IMG/VR virus record: IMGVR_UViG_3300007345_000031
Source of the DNA: an uncultured virus (IMG/VR IMGVR_UViG_3300007345_000031)
Lineage: Duplodnaviria; Heunggongvirae; Uroviricota; Caudoviricetes
Direction: 5' to 3' (one strand)
DNA length: 64,000 nucleotides
In this document: one piece after another, positions 12,401 to 20,547 of the stretch
Layout: the number at the start of each line of letters is the position of its first letter
How positions within the stretch are numbered: position 1 is the stretch's first letter
Made by a program: the position numbers and the translations under genes
The notes under the pieces: model-generated
The model's database searches: none
Told to the model about the DNA's origin: nothing
The model's input: the letters and a program-made list of their open reading frames with translations, nothing else

Positions 12401-12574
12401 CCTTCTATGGGTGTTATTGCTGACCAGGTTGAAAAAGTTCTGCCTGAACTGGTAAGTAATACCGATCCGAAGACGGTTAATTACAACGGATTGATAGGTC
12501 TTCTGATTGAGGTTGTAAAAGAACAACAAACACAAATTAATGATTTGAACGAAAGACTATCAAGACTTGAGTGA
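6470..12574 (+). CDS. Long tail fibre with STLG repeats, Cys-rich 14-aa repeats and C-terminal peptidase S74 intramolecular chaperone
   Basis: 2034 aa. C-terminus SDQKLKTNI...GVSFNW...GVIADQVEKVLPELV...VNYNGLIGLLIEVVKE followed by a coiled coil is the S74 signature. Confidence 0.85.
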   Translation: MAGINKNFVIKNGIEVNTNLIVGNTELGRVGIGTTQPLQNLHVVGGIGATSIDVTGVATIRTLNVLGVTTLPQLVLGAGDPVITGTPNQILAVYDGVHIEGNTGIGITLPNARLDVVPPSDKSAGIFSGSSSEGMVHIVQKGEGDALRVESIPAGINTTAFVVTGVGTVGVGTTNPDVKLTVWTSVSTGTTAIYARGDVVGTGIGSFISLQSETANVAIGTIGKLVGQSLNYSGINTLTSIESTELTVSGFSTLGSAKLSNTILAGVNTGLYAPGISTLTYLTGQSANYSGISTLTSLDGVSLNYTGISTISHVSGTTLVVSGFSTLGSAKLSNTILAGVNTGLYAPGISTLTYLTGQSANYSGINTLGFVESITLNVSGFSTLGATSASLLSVSGVSTLTGGVNADAGIKAARLSVAGISTLGQTTTAGLKNTGISTLGNATADTLVVSGFSTLGATSASLLSVSGVSTLTGGVNADEGIKAARLSVTGISTLSDATSTNLVVSGFSTLGGSSATLLSVSGVSTLTGGVNADEGIKAARLSVTGITTLGQTTATGLKVTGISTLDQTTTTGLKNTGISTLGNATADTLVVSGFSTLGGSSATLLNVSGFSTFGSISAINANFTGVTSITSLALGEQLALSSFSVSSEFVSTAGVSTLSATQISTLEVTGISTLGQTTTAGLKNTGISTLGNATADTLVVSGFSTFGGSSATLLNISGVSTLTGGVNADAGIKAARLSVTGITTLGQTTTTGFKNTGISTLGNATADTLVVSGVSTLTGGVNADAGIKAARLNVTGITTLGQTTASGLNVAGITTLGQTTTAGLKNTGISTLGNATSDTLVVTGITTLGQTTTVGLKNTGISTLGNATADTLSVSGVATASSFSGSGSGLSDGTVPIASLDIDGGTELSSLANEDLFIVDDGAGGTNRKITASNVSAYVLGGASGSVNFQNLNVSGIGTIVNLISTNANISGVLTATNIEGNGDGITSIRAGILTGSLPPIDGSQLTGIVATGTGVQIFDGYGGSYGYGAVYSGIGITFVYNTDNVTVDFNAGITTIGLSTSVSIGGSMTATSFHGDGAGLTNAGAFNYDNTTNIFAQNITSLPNRTDGADNFFAGRSAGHNITSADNNIAIGSSSGLNLTSGHNNIFLGACAGCNTDTAYHNVFLGACAGCNNSGGDYNTFIGQHSGRDNTSGNYNTFIGRSAGYNNNTGDYNTFIGYCAGYDNCNASNNTFIGYLAGRCNSTGAGNFFVGQCAGHFSCSGFYNNFLGDSAGYCNTSGTNNNFLGRCAGCSNTSGSYNNFFGHDAGCKNTTGSCNNFIGECAGFCNTDTNGSVAIGQSAGYHNDASDNVFLGRNAGFTTVTRSSSDLITGSHNFISGVGAGSSLTTGCNNTFIGNRVGRYNTTGDYNNFLGNFAGGNNTTGGCNNFFGNQAGYYNTTANNNNFLGSSAGYKNTTGSHNNFLGDSAGYCNNSGSNNNFIGERAGFCSVDGCHNNFFGCRAGCKTTGVCNNFFGAAAGVSNTSGSNNNFFGNAGGNNTTGSYNNFFGQSAGWVNSCGCHNNFFGCCAGYSNSTGCYNNFFGPFAGRCNTTGYDNVAIGRCAAHCRTTGHSNVSIGNSAGYFSTGNNNTFIGVLAGSGFASASGSYNIFFGHCSGRSNTSGACNLFAGLRSGACNTTGEFNIFFGHCAGHCNTDGDCNIVAGYKAGFSNETGCHNVFLGWCAGATSTKGEQVAIGYNARVAAPTESTQLAIGIGNTNWIDGNESYFVGFGITNPTQRVDVGGNIKVSGELHGPTNFVIDPAAVGDNTGSVRIKGDLYVDGDNFVVNSETITLGDFVVGIASTVPNRTELDGAGIGIGSDVTFLYDDTNTALKSNVNLNLSSADKTYKINGTDVLSATTLGSGVVNSSLTSVGNLTSLTVSGDVSVNGSGGISVVGVVTASDFNSTSDQKLKTNIQRVENAVDKVQQIDGVSFNWIENNKPSMGVIADQVEKVLPELVSNTDPKTVNYNGLIGLLIEVVKEQQTQINDLNERLSRLE
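7150..9120 (+). repeat. Intragenic repeat array (~15-aa units xLxVSGxSTLG) with near-identical DNA blocks
   Basis: About 125 bp near-identical at 7216 and 7435 (offset 219). GGVNAD(A/E)GIKAARL occurs 5 times; LKNTGISTLGNATADTL recurs. Confidence 0.9.
9810..11630 (+). repeat. 14-aa (42-nt) tandem repeats NNFFGxxAGxxNTTG, Cys-rich
   Basis: Recurring aataacttc(c/t)ttggt...gcagga...aacaccactgga units. Confidence 0.9.
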
Positions 12575-12618
12575 TTACTAAATAATAAAAAACTACCCAG
12601 TATATACGAGGACGGTAG

Positions 12619-15600
12619 ATGGCTATTAAAATTTCCAATTCTACTATTATCGATGATAATAGAGATATTCTAAATGCTGGAACCACGGGTGTTGGAACTA
12701 TAACCGTTGGTTCTGGCGTTACAATTTACAATGAGGGTGGTGGTAGTGCATACATTGGATTTGCAACTCATAATGTTAGAATTGGAGATAGCACAACAGG
12801 TCAATCATTAACAAGCGGAAAAAATAATACTTTTATTGGTGTTGGTGCAGGACGTAGCAACACCTCTGGAACTAATAATATCTTCTTTGGTCAACAATCA
12901 GGATTCTGTAATACTTATTCTAATGGTTCTGTAGCAATTGGTGCATCAGCAGGATATCATAATAATGGTGATGACAATGTTTTTATTGGCCGAAATGCTG
13001 GATTTACTACTGCTACTCGTTTTTCAGGTAATCTCATTTCAGGTTCTAATAATTTTATATCAGGTGTTGGAGCTGGTTCATCATTAACCTTTTCAAACCA
13101 TAATGTCTTTATTGGTCTTTGTGCAGGACACTATACCACTACCGGAAGTTATAATATATTCCTTGGAAAATTTTCAGGATGTAGCAACACTACCGGAGGA
13201 TATAATAATTTCTTTGGGGCATGTGCAGGATATTCTAACACTAGTGGATGTCATAATAACTTCTTTGGACACTATGCAGGATGTTCTAACACCAGTGGAA
13301 AGTATAACAATTTCCTAGGCCTCAGTGCAGGATGTAATAATACCGAAGGATGGTATAACAACTTCCTTGGTATTTGTGCAGGATTCAAAAACACCACTGG
13401 ATGTGATAACAACTTCCTTGGTCAGTGTGCAGGAGTTTGTAACACCACTGGATGTAATAACAACTTCCTTGGTGAGTGTGCAGGATTAAAAAACACCACT
13501 GGATGTGATAATAACTTCCTTGGTCTTCGTGCAGGAGTTTGTAACACTGAAGGATGTCATAATAACTTCCTTGGTGAGTGTGCAGGATTCAAAAACACTA
13601 CCGGATCATATAATAACTTCCTTGGTCCCTCTGCAGGCAAATGTAATACTACTGGAGGTTCAAATAATTTCTTCGGAGTTCTTGCAGGATTCCGTAATAC
13701 TGTTGAGTGTGGAAATGTTTATATTGGGGAATGTGCAGGATATAATTCACAGGGACATACTGCATGGGATAGTGTTGATGCAAGTGAGCAATATAACACC
13801 TTTATAGGATATAGAGCTGGATTCTCTACAGCATCTCCATATGGATTTTCGCGTAGAAACGTTGCAATCGGATATTGTGCAGCTGGTTCTATAGGAGTAG
13901 CTTTCCCTCAACAAGGTGGAATAGATTATTGCCCAATTTCCAACATATTCATTGGAGAATGTGCTGGTTATAATGCTAATGGCGACATGTATGATAACGT
14001 TTTCCTTGGAAGATATGCAGGGGAAAAAGCTTCAGGTTGTGTCACCAATAACGTTGCTATTGGACGTAGTGCTCTTGGTTATGCTGAAAATAATTTATGG
14101 AATGCCTTGTCCAAATCCGAGCATAATATAGCAATTGGATATTTTGCTGGTTATTTATCTCGTGATGGATGTTATAATAACTTCCAGGGATATCAGGCAG
14201 GATGTAGTAACACTACTGGATGGCATAATAACTTCTTTGGACAACAAGCAGGATTGTGCAACACCACTGGATGCTATAATAACTTCCTTGGACGATGGGC
14301 AGGATGCTTCAACACCACTGGAAGTGTTAATAACTTCATTGGTTATTGTGCAGGATGTAGCAACACCACTGGATCCAATAATAACTTTCTTGGACAAGGT
14401 GCAGGAAAGTGCAACACCTGTGGAGGTTGTAATAACTTCATTGGATGTGCTGCAGGACGGTCCAACACCACTGGATGTTATAATAACTTCTTTGGCAGAA
14501 GGGCAGGATACGGTAACACCACTGGATTCCATAATAATTTTATTGGTCATATGGCAGGATGTAATAACCTCTCTGGAAATTCCAATAACTTCATTGGATA
14601 TCAGGCAGGCCTGAACAACACCTCTGGAGATTGTAATAACTTCTTTGGATCTATGGCAGGAAGAGCCAACACCACTGCATGTCATAATAACTTCATTGGT
14701 TCATGTGCAGGATGCAGAGTCAACACCGGAGGTTATAATAATTTCTTTGGTAATTTTGCAGGAAGGTATATCACTACTGGATGTCATAATAACATCCTTG
14801 GCCATTGTGCAGGACATGGCACCTTTGCAATTGGAGAAACAATAAATGGATGCCATAACAACTTCTTTGGACAATATGCAGGGATCTCGATTACTTCCGC
14901 AAGTTATAATAACTTTATTGGTTTTCGTGCAGGTGAAGGTCAGAAAAATGTATTATTTTACAGTAATTGTGCGACAGGGTGCCATAATAACTTCTTTGGA
15001 AGTTATGCTGGTCGTTATAATCTCTCTGGTTCTAGCAATATTTTCCTAGGTCAATGTGCAGGTAACACAAATACCACTGGTTCTTGTAATATTGCCATTG
15101 GTAGGGATGTAGAGCTTCCATCTGCAACTGGTGACAAACAACTTGCAATCGGTGATGGAACTGATCGTTGGATTAGTGGTGATAGTGATTTCATTGTAAC
15201 TGCAAATGTAAGAGGATCCACACGTCAGATTGTTGGTTATAGCACTGATGCTACTTTTACACAACCAATAACTGCAGCCCAATTTAACACTATTGATGAT
15301 ATGGCTATTGAGATTACTCTTAACAGTGCTTCAAATAAAGTTCTTGTTACTTTTGATCTTACTGGAGAATTTGCTAATACCGCTAGTAATTATGATACTG
15401 GCATTTCTATTCAAAGACATAGTGGCAATTATGCAGGTGGATTCATAGATGTGGCACCAGGAGAGACCGCTGCCGGATATCATAATTCTGCTGGAAGCAG
15501 AAATCGTGGAATAACAACACCAGTTGTGAATTATTCTCAAGACGCTGCCAGCACTGCAGAAAAACTATCAATTATCAATTTCCTGGATAGTCCAAATACA

Positions 15601-15741
15601 ACTGGTATTGTGACATATTACCCAACAATTTATCCAAGAATCACCGACACTTGGTATGGTAATAGAACGGTCGCTGATACTGACGGCAATCAACATGAAA
15701 GATTTATTTCATACATCACTCTTCAAGAAATTGTTGGTTGA
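12619..15741 (+). CDS. Fibre/adhesin-like protein with Cys-rich 14-aa beta-roll repeats
   Basis: 1040 aa with the same repeat as the upstream fibre and more than 40 Cys; unique C-terminal domain; late promoter at 12578. Confidence 0.8.
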   Translation: MAIKISNSTIIDDNRDILNAGTTGVGTITVGSGVTIYNEGGGSAYIGFATHNVRIGDSTTGQSLTSGKNNTFIGVGAGRSNTSGTNNIFFGQQSGFCNTYSNGSVAIGASAGYHNNGDDNVFIGRNAGFTTATRFSGNLISGSNNFISGVGAGSSLTFSNHNVFIGLCAGHYTTTGSYNIFLGKFSGCSNTTGGYNNFFGACAGYSNTSGCHNNFFGHYAGCSNTSGKYNNFLGLSAGCNNTEGWYNNFLGICAGFKNTTGCDNNFLGQCAGVCNTTGCNNNFLGECAGLKNTTGCDNNFLGLRAGVCNTEGCHNNFLGECAGFKNTTGSYNNFLGPSAGKCNTTGGSNNFFGVLAGFRNTVECGNVYIGECAGYNSQGHTAWDSVDASEQYNTFIGYRAGFSTASPYGFSRRNVAIGYCAAGSIGVAFPQQGGIDYCPISNIFIGECAGYNANGDMYDNVFLGRYAGEKASGCVTNNVAIGRSALGYAENNLWNALSKSEHNIAIGYFAGYLSRDGCYNNFQGYQAGCSNTTGWHNNFFGQQAGLCNTTGCYNNFLGRWAGCFNTTGSVNNFIGYCAGCSNTTGSNNNFLGQGAGKCNTCGGCNNFIGCAAGRSNTTGCYNNFFGRRAGYGNTTGFHNNFIGHMAGCNNLSGNSNNFIGYQAGLNNTSGDCNNFFGSMAGRANTTACHNNFIGSCAGCRVNTGGYNNFFGNFAGRYITTGCHNNILGHCAGHGTFAIGETINGCHNNFFGQYAGISITSASYNNFIGFRAGEGQKNVLFYSNCATGCHNNFFGSYAGRYNLSGSSNIFLGQCAGNTNTTGSCNIAIGRDVELPSATGDKQLAIGDGTDRWISGDSDFIVTANVRGSTRQIVGYSTDATFTQPITAAQFNTIDDMAIEITLNSASNKVLVTFDLTGEFANTASNYDTGISIQRHSGNYAGGFIDVAPGETAAGYHNSAGSRNRGITTPVVNYSQDAASTAEKLSIINFLDSPNTTGIVTYYPTIYPRITDTWYGNRTVADTDGNQHERFISYITLQEIVG

Positions 15742-15827
15742 TCTCTTTTTATAGAGAATGTTATAGTGTAATTGAGGTTATTGATTAAGAACTAAATACA
15801 GTATGATTGATTGAGTTGTATTATTCT

Positions 15828-16736
15828 ATGGCATTTCTTTCACAATTGAGCAACAAGAATAAGTCAGGTTCAGAAAGAAAGTTTTACTTTATGGCAGGTC
15901 TTCCACGTTCTGGAAGTAGTTTATTATCTGCACTATTGAATCAAAATCCAAGATTTTATTCTGGACCTTCAAGTCCTGTTCTTTCAACAATGTATTCAAT
16001 TGAAAATCATCTGGCAAATGATGAATTATATCATGGTTATCCAAAAGAACAACAGGCATTTGAATTGATTTCTAGTGTCATTCATCACTTCTATAGTGAT
16101 GTATCTGACCCAGTGATTATAGATAAAAATCGTGCATGGCCTGCAAGAGTATCATATATTGAAGGGTATATTGGACATAAAGCAAAGATTATTTGTCCTG
16201 TAAGAGACATTGATGAGATTCTGACATCAATGATTACGATGATTCGTCGTAATCCTTACAAAGAGGGACAATCAAGAATTAACTTTATTGATGAACAATT
16301 GGTTAAACTCAATATTCCAATCAGTGATGATAATCGTTGCGAGTATATTGCAGGTCCTGAAGGTATTTTGGGACAATCACTCAATGCAATGATGGAAGGT
16401 GTAAATCAAGGATTTGCAGATAGATTGCATTTTGTAGAGTATAAAGACCTCGTAAATAAACCTCAAGAAACACTTAATCAAGTGTATGAATTTCTTGAAG
16501 AAGAACCATTTGAGCACACATTTGATAATCTTAAGAATGAAAATCAAGAGAATGATTTGAATACTTATGGGCTTGCAGATATGCACCATGTTCGTGCAGA
16601 ACTTAAATCAACAGCATCAAATCCAGAAGAGATTCTTTCTCTAGATGTTAGAAAAAGATGTGAAGGCATGGACATTTGGCGTCAAATCAATTATAATCAG
16701 AATGAACAAGTTGTACCTAATGTAATTAAGATATAA
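15828..16736 (+). CDS. Sulfotransferase-family protein
   Basis: 5'-PSB-like loop FMAGLPRSGSSLLSALLNQNP, IIDKNR, ICPVRD..EILTS (3'-PB-like), VEYKDLV..P..TL..VYEFL. Confidence 0.85.
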   Translation: MAFLSQLSNKNKSGSERKFYFMAGLPRSGSSLLSALLNQNPRFYSGPSSPVLSTMYSIENHLANDELYHGYPKEQQAFELISSVIHHFYSDVSDPVIIDKNRAWPARVSYIEGYIGHKAKIICPVRDIDEILTSMITMIRRNPYKEGQSRINFIDEQLVKLNIPISDDNRCEYIAGPEGILGQSLNAMMEGVNQGFADRLHFVEYKDLVNKPQETLNQVYEFLEEEPFEHTFDNLKNENQENDLNTYGLADMHHVRAELKSTASNPEEILSLDVRKRCEGMDIWRQINYNQNEQVVPNVIKI

Positions 16737-16737
16737 A

Positions 16738-17652
16738 ATGAAAGAAAAGTATTGTATTTTTCATGTTCAAGGTGGACTTGGAAAGCACATTGCATCTACA
16801 GCAGTTGCAAAGTGTATTAAAAATAATTATCCAGAACGAAAACTCATCGTAGTTGCCGTTTATACTGACGTATATCTTAATCTTCCCTTCATTGATAGGG
16901 TATATCAATTAGGAAATACGAATTATTTTTACCAAAACTATATTGAAAATAAGGACTCTTTGATTTTTCATAATGAGCCTTATTTTACAACAGATCATGT
17001 TCATAAACGTCTTCCACTAATTCAAACTTGGTGCAAGATGTATGGTTTGAATTATCGTGGAGAGATGCCACAAATTAAATTCAATCCACTACAAAAGAAA
17101 ATTTCCAAAGATGTATGGAAAAAAGGTGATAAACCAATGATGGTTATTCACACTAATGGTGGATTGATTGAACCAAATGCAAGACCATATCTATGGGCAC
17201 GAGATATGCCCATAGATATTGCACAAGAAATTGTTGACAAATACCATAAAGATTATACGATTTATCAGTGCACAAAGGTCAATTCAGAAAAATGTATCAA
17301 TGCCGAAATCATTGAATTCGGATTTGAACAAGGTAGTATGCAGTTAGGAATCCTTGAGTTTTTGAGTATTATTTTACATAGTGACAAGAGGATTCTGATT
17401 GATAGTTCACTACAACATGCTGCAGCTGCACTGAAACTTCCATCATTGGTTCTTTGGAATGGAACAAGTCCAAAGGTATTTGGATATGATATGCACACAA
17501 ACCTTGAAACTATCAAACCACAAAACTTCAAACTTCCCGGAAGTTATTTGTTTGATTTTGATTTCAATGGTCCAGAGCATGAATATCCATTTGATGAGGA
17601 TGAGAAGTTATTTGATACTGACAAAATTTTTCAATACATAGAAGAGAAGTAA
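16738..17652 (+). CDS. Glycosyltransferase, GT9 (heptosyltransferase)-like
   Basis: N-terminal GGLGKHI..TAV...IK..YP and C-terminal IDSSLQHAAAALKLPSLVLW..TSP..FGY match GT9 motifs. Confidence 0.75.
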   Translation: MKEKYCIFHVQGGLGKHIASTAVAKCIKNNYPERKLIVVAVYTDVYLNLPFIDRVYQLGNTNYFYQNYIENKDSLIFHNEPYFTTDHVHKRLPLIQTWCKMYGLNYRGEMPQIKFNPLQKKISKDVWKKGDKPMMVIHTNGGLIEPNARPYLWARDMPIDIAQEIVDKYHKDYTIYQCTKVNSEKCINAEIIEFGFEQGSMQLGILEFLSIILHSDKRILIDSSLQHAAAALKLPSLVLWNGTSPKVFGYDMHTNLETIKPQNFKLPGSYLFDFDFNGPEHEYPFDEDEKLFDTDKIFQYIEEK

Positions 17653-17664
17653 AGGAGTAAAGTT

Positions 17665-17898
17665 ATGCCTTCAGAAGAAATGACCCCAGAAGAAATCGCA
17701 GGAACATACAATGCTGCGATGGACAGTGTAAATCTCATCAATAGAATTGTAGAGCAAGAAATTCTTTCAGAAGATGATGAAGATACTGTTAGTCGTAATG
17801 TAGAACATCTTAAGATTCAAGTAGGAAAAGATTTTTGGACTACAGAAGATCTAACACCATTCAATGATGCGATCACAGCTGGTGAAGCAGTTCTCTGA
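17665..17898 (+). CDS. Small acidic protein, possibly fibre-associated
   Basis: 77 aa, strong SD (AAGGAG), last gene before the terminator. Confidence 0.7.
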   Translation: MPSEEMTPEEIAGTYNAAMDSVNLINRIVEQEILSEDDEDTVSRNVEHLKIQVGKDFWTTEDLTPFNDAITAGEAVL

Positions 17899-17919
17899 TT
17901 ATCATTCGTAACAACACTT

Positions 17920-17951
17920 ACCTCTTGAACTTTTGTTTCAGGAGGTTTTTT
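17920..17951 (+). terminator. Rho-independent terminator
   Basis: Imperfect stem ACCTCTTGAAC...GTTTCAGGAGGT followed by a T-run. Confidence 0.65.
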
Positions 17952-17956
17952 AATGC

Positions 17957-17985
17957 TTGACAAACACTTAAAATATGTGTACAAT
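17957..17985 (+). promoter_or_regulatory. Sigma70-type promoter; similar ones at 18579, 20511, 21785, 23225, 23605, 24281, 34104, 35001
   Basis: TTGACA-17-TACAAT here. The others are TTGAC(A/G/T)-16/17-TATACT, TATAAT, TAAGAT or TATAAA. Confidence 0.7.
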
Positions 17986-18038
17986 TACCTTTGTGGAGGT
18001 TGATAAAAATAAAAGCTAAATATTTCTTTTAGATACTT

Positions 18039-18518
18039 ATGAAAACGATTGAAAGACACAGATACAAAGACAAGGAGATATTTGAGACACGCACTCTAAA
18101 GTTTAGACCATTTGAATATAAAGATATTGATTTGGTGATGTTAATGATTGCAGAGAATCTCACACCAAAGATGGTATCAAAAAAATATAGAGAAGAGAAT
18201 AAAGATAATCCAATGTTTGGACATTGCTATCATTCTTCTCAAGCATTATATTATCTTATGAATACAGATGTATTGGAACAAATGAGTGCAATTGATTATC
18301 ATGATGAAGCACATTGGTGGTTAAGAGATAAGTATACGCATGAAGTGTATGATATTACTGCAGATCAATACTATTCAGTCAATCAAGTTCCACCATATGC
18401 ACAAGGTAAAAAGAAAGCTTGGTATGGATGGAAACAGAGACCACATCAAAGAACATTAGATTTGATGGTAAAGGTTTTAAGTAATAGACTTATTTCAGAT
18501 GAAGTGTTGACATATTAA
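18039..18518 (+). CDS. Hypothetical protein, possible Cys-His-Asp (papain/transglutaminase-like) fold
   Basis: GHCYH...HWWL...YDITADQY residue spacing; fold call is tentative. Confidence 0.55.
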   Translation: MKTIERHRYKDKEIFETRTLKFRPFEYKDIDLVMLMIAENLTPKMVSKKYREENKDNPMFGHCYHSSQALYYLMNTDVLEQMSAIDYHDEAHWWLRDKYTHEVYDITADQYYSVNQVPPYAQGKKKAWYGWKQRPHQRTLDLMVKVLSNRLISDEVLTY

Positions 18519-18667
18519 ACTGGGCCCTGTAAAGTGTCCTAGTGATGTGAGGGAGAGCAATCAACTTCACAACACCAGTTGACAACGGTTCTCCGATTTG
18601 TTATACTGACCTCATCAAACGAAACACTGTTTGATCTCGTATCCTTCTTCTAACATATTGAAGAAGT

Positions 18668-19906
18668 ATGCAAAAACCCACACTTTTTCAAACTTCAATT
18701 ATGCAGACCAATCAAAATTTTATGATCCCGCTCAAGGAGCCTATTAGTCTTCTTGAATATGCTTACCTTCTGCTTAAGACCCGTAAGTTTTGTGCTCCAG
18801 AGCAATTCCAACGCCCTGAAGCATGGCAAGTAAAGGATCGTAAATCATTTTTTCAATCAGTGTTGATGAATCGTGCAGAAGGCACTCTTGTCTTGGTTGA
18901 TATTCAACAATGTATCGAACGTATGGAATATGGCGGAGATACAAGTAGCGATACTTATAAATTTTTCAAAAAATACTTTAATGAAGGGTTCAAGTATTTT
19001 GTTCTAGATGGTAACAACCGTCTGTGCTTTATCACTTCTCTTCTAGAAGATAATTATCTTATTCCCGAAGGGACTTACGAATTTATCAGTGATGAAGTCA
19101 ACGGAAACATTTCATCATTTACTGTTCGCAAGGGAAAGCAAAAGTTCTCTGACCTGCCTACACGAGTTCAACGTGTTATTCAATCTCGAAAGTCTGTGTT
19201 GAGTGTCTATACTCAAATTACCTTGGAAGGTATGTCTGAAGTGTTCCAAAATGTGAACTCTGGTGTTCCTCTTAACGCACAAGAACTTCGCAACGCATAT
19301 TCTTCTCCTTGGGCTGAGTTTTTTCGCGATCTTTCAAAGGAGGTTGCACCTCTTCTTGGTTACACTCACAAAGACCCCATTTTCCGTCTTAAGGGTCAAG
19401 AATGGTTGGTTGATTGTATTGCCATGGCAATTGATGGAATTGCAATCAATGAAGTTACTGGAGAACTTCAATTTACTGGAGTTACACAAACATCTAAAAA
19501 CAAACTGTATAAGAGCACTTTCTTTACTCAAGAGGAGCAAAACTTCTATACTAATAAATTCATTGAATTGATGGATTTCATTTCTCAAATGCTCCATGAT
19601 GAAATTCTTGAAGAAAAATCTCTCAAGCAAAAATCTAAAATCCAAAATCTTTATTGGATGATGACAACTGTTGATGGAATTGAGACCTATGATCAAGCAG
19701 TTGCAGCTGTTGAAAAGCAAGAAATTGCTTATCTTGACAAGCAACGTAAGTTTGGTGAAGAGGACAAAACCTTCCGTCAATGTTGTGAAGGCATGAATGC
19801 TGAAAACTTGGAGGTTCGATACACAATTCTTACCGAAATTCTTACCGAAGTGGTCGGTGAGCGCAATGATTTCTCTACTCTCAATGAAGTTTTTGAAAGT
19901 GTCTGA
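18668..19906 (+). CDS. DUF262/ParB-like (GmrSD N-terminal type) protein
   Basis: FQRPEAW, VLDGNNRL and VFQNVNSGVPLNAQELRNA correspond to the DUF262 QR / DGQQR / FxxxN motifs. Confidence 0.75.
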   Translation: MQKPTLFQTSIMQTNQNFMIPLKEPISLLEYAYLLLKTRKFCAPEQFQRPEAWQVKDRKSFFQSVLMNRAEGTLVLVDIQQCIERMEYGGDTSSDTYKFFKKYFNEGFKYFVLDGNNRLCFITSLLEDNYLIPEGTYEFISDEVNGNISSFTVRKGKQKFSDLPTRVQRVIQSRKSVLSVYTQITLEGMSEVFQNVNSGVPLNAQELRNAYSSPWAEFFRDLSKEVAPLLGYTHKDPIFRLKGQEWLVDCIAMAIDGIAINEVTGELQFTGVTQTSKNKLYKSTFFTQEEQNFYTNKFIELMDFISQMLHDEILEEKSLKQKSKIQNLYWMMTTVDGIETYDQAVAAVEKQEIAYLDKQRKFGEEDKTFRQCCEGMNAENLEVRYTILTEILTEVVGERNDFSTLNEVFESV

Positions 19907-19995
19907 ACCTTGCGTTAGTTAGGAAGGAGTTTCAAGGGTTCTTTGAGTAATCATTGGGCCCTTCAAAGTGTTTTAGTTCTGTAACCATCTATTCT

Positions 19996-20187
19996 ATGAA
20001 ACGAGAATTTATCTGCGTTCAACCAAAATCCAATAAAGCAAAGAATCGTTTTGCTAATGAGATGGATAAACTTCATTCTTGTGTTGTTGAACAACGCACA
20101 GGAGGAAAGGTGTTTCTATCTTCTATCAGTGGAAAATACTCTTTTTGGATGAGTGAATCCTCTGATGATAACTGGGACGTTATTTAG
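19996..20187 (+). CDS. Hypothetical protein
   Basis: ATG just downstream of repeat copy 2; MKREFICVQPKS... Confidence 0.65.
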   Translation: MKREFICVQPKSNKAKNRFANEMDKLHSCVVEQRTGGKVFLSSISGKYSFWMSESSDDNWDVI

Positions 20188-20317
20188 CACTAGGCATAAA
20201 TTTTTGTTGCCAAATGTCCTGATTTTCACACATTTTTGATAAATAGTGATAGAATTATGAGGTACACCCATGAATCCGTATTCTACATTATGATGTTCAA
20301 TGTGCTTGGAGGATATT

Positions 20318-20494
20318 ATGCACAATCTTATTTCTTACAATCAACTTGCGGGTTGGAAGCAATTTGAAACGACACTGAATCATTTCAATGAGCAAAGCGA
20401 TGTCATCAATGATTACTACCAATGTTTAATAGAATGTGATGACAAACAGCATATCTGCAAAAAAATTTGTAAGGAGGTGCTCAATCAAGAATAA
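20318..20494 (+). CDS. Small protein with two CxxxC motifs
   Basis: GGAGG SD; MHNLISYNQLAGW...DYYQCLIECDDKQHICKKIC. Confidence 0.7.
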   Translation: MHNLISYNQLAGWKQFETTLNHFNEQSDVINDYYQCLIECDDKQHICKKICKEVLNQE

Positions 20495-20547
20495 TAATAA
20501 TACATAGCCCTTGACGTAACCCGTCAGGGGTTTTATACTAAAACTGG

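Noticed and set aside
7552..15049. Many alternative-frame and antisense ORFs (IITSLV..QD, KEVII repeats)
   Set aside because: Shadows of the repetitive fibre codons.
9810..15100. Diversity-generating retroelement
   Set aside because: No reverse transcriptase in the window and no template/variable pair differing only at adenines; Asn codons are the conserved positions.
18521..18547. Sigma54 (-24/-12) promoter interpretation
   Set aside because: TGGGCCC only loosely resembles TGGCAC and there is no TTGC at -12.
19826..19849. 12-bp tandem duplication (ILTE ILTE)
   Set aside because: Single in-frame micro-duplication with no further structure.
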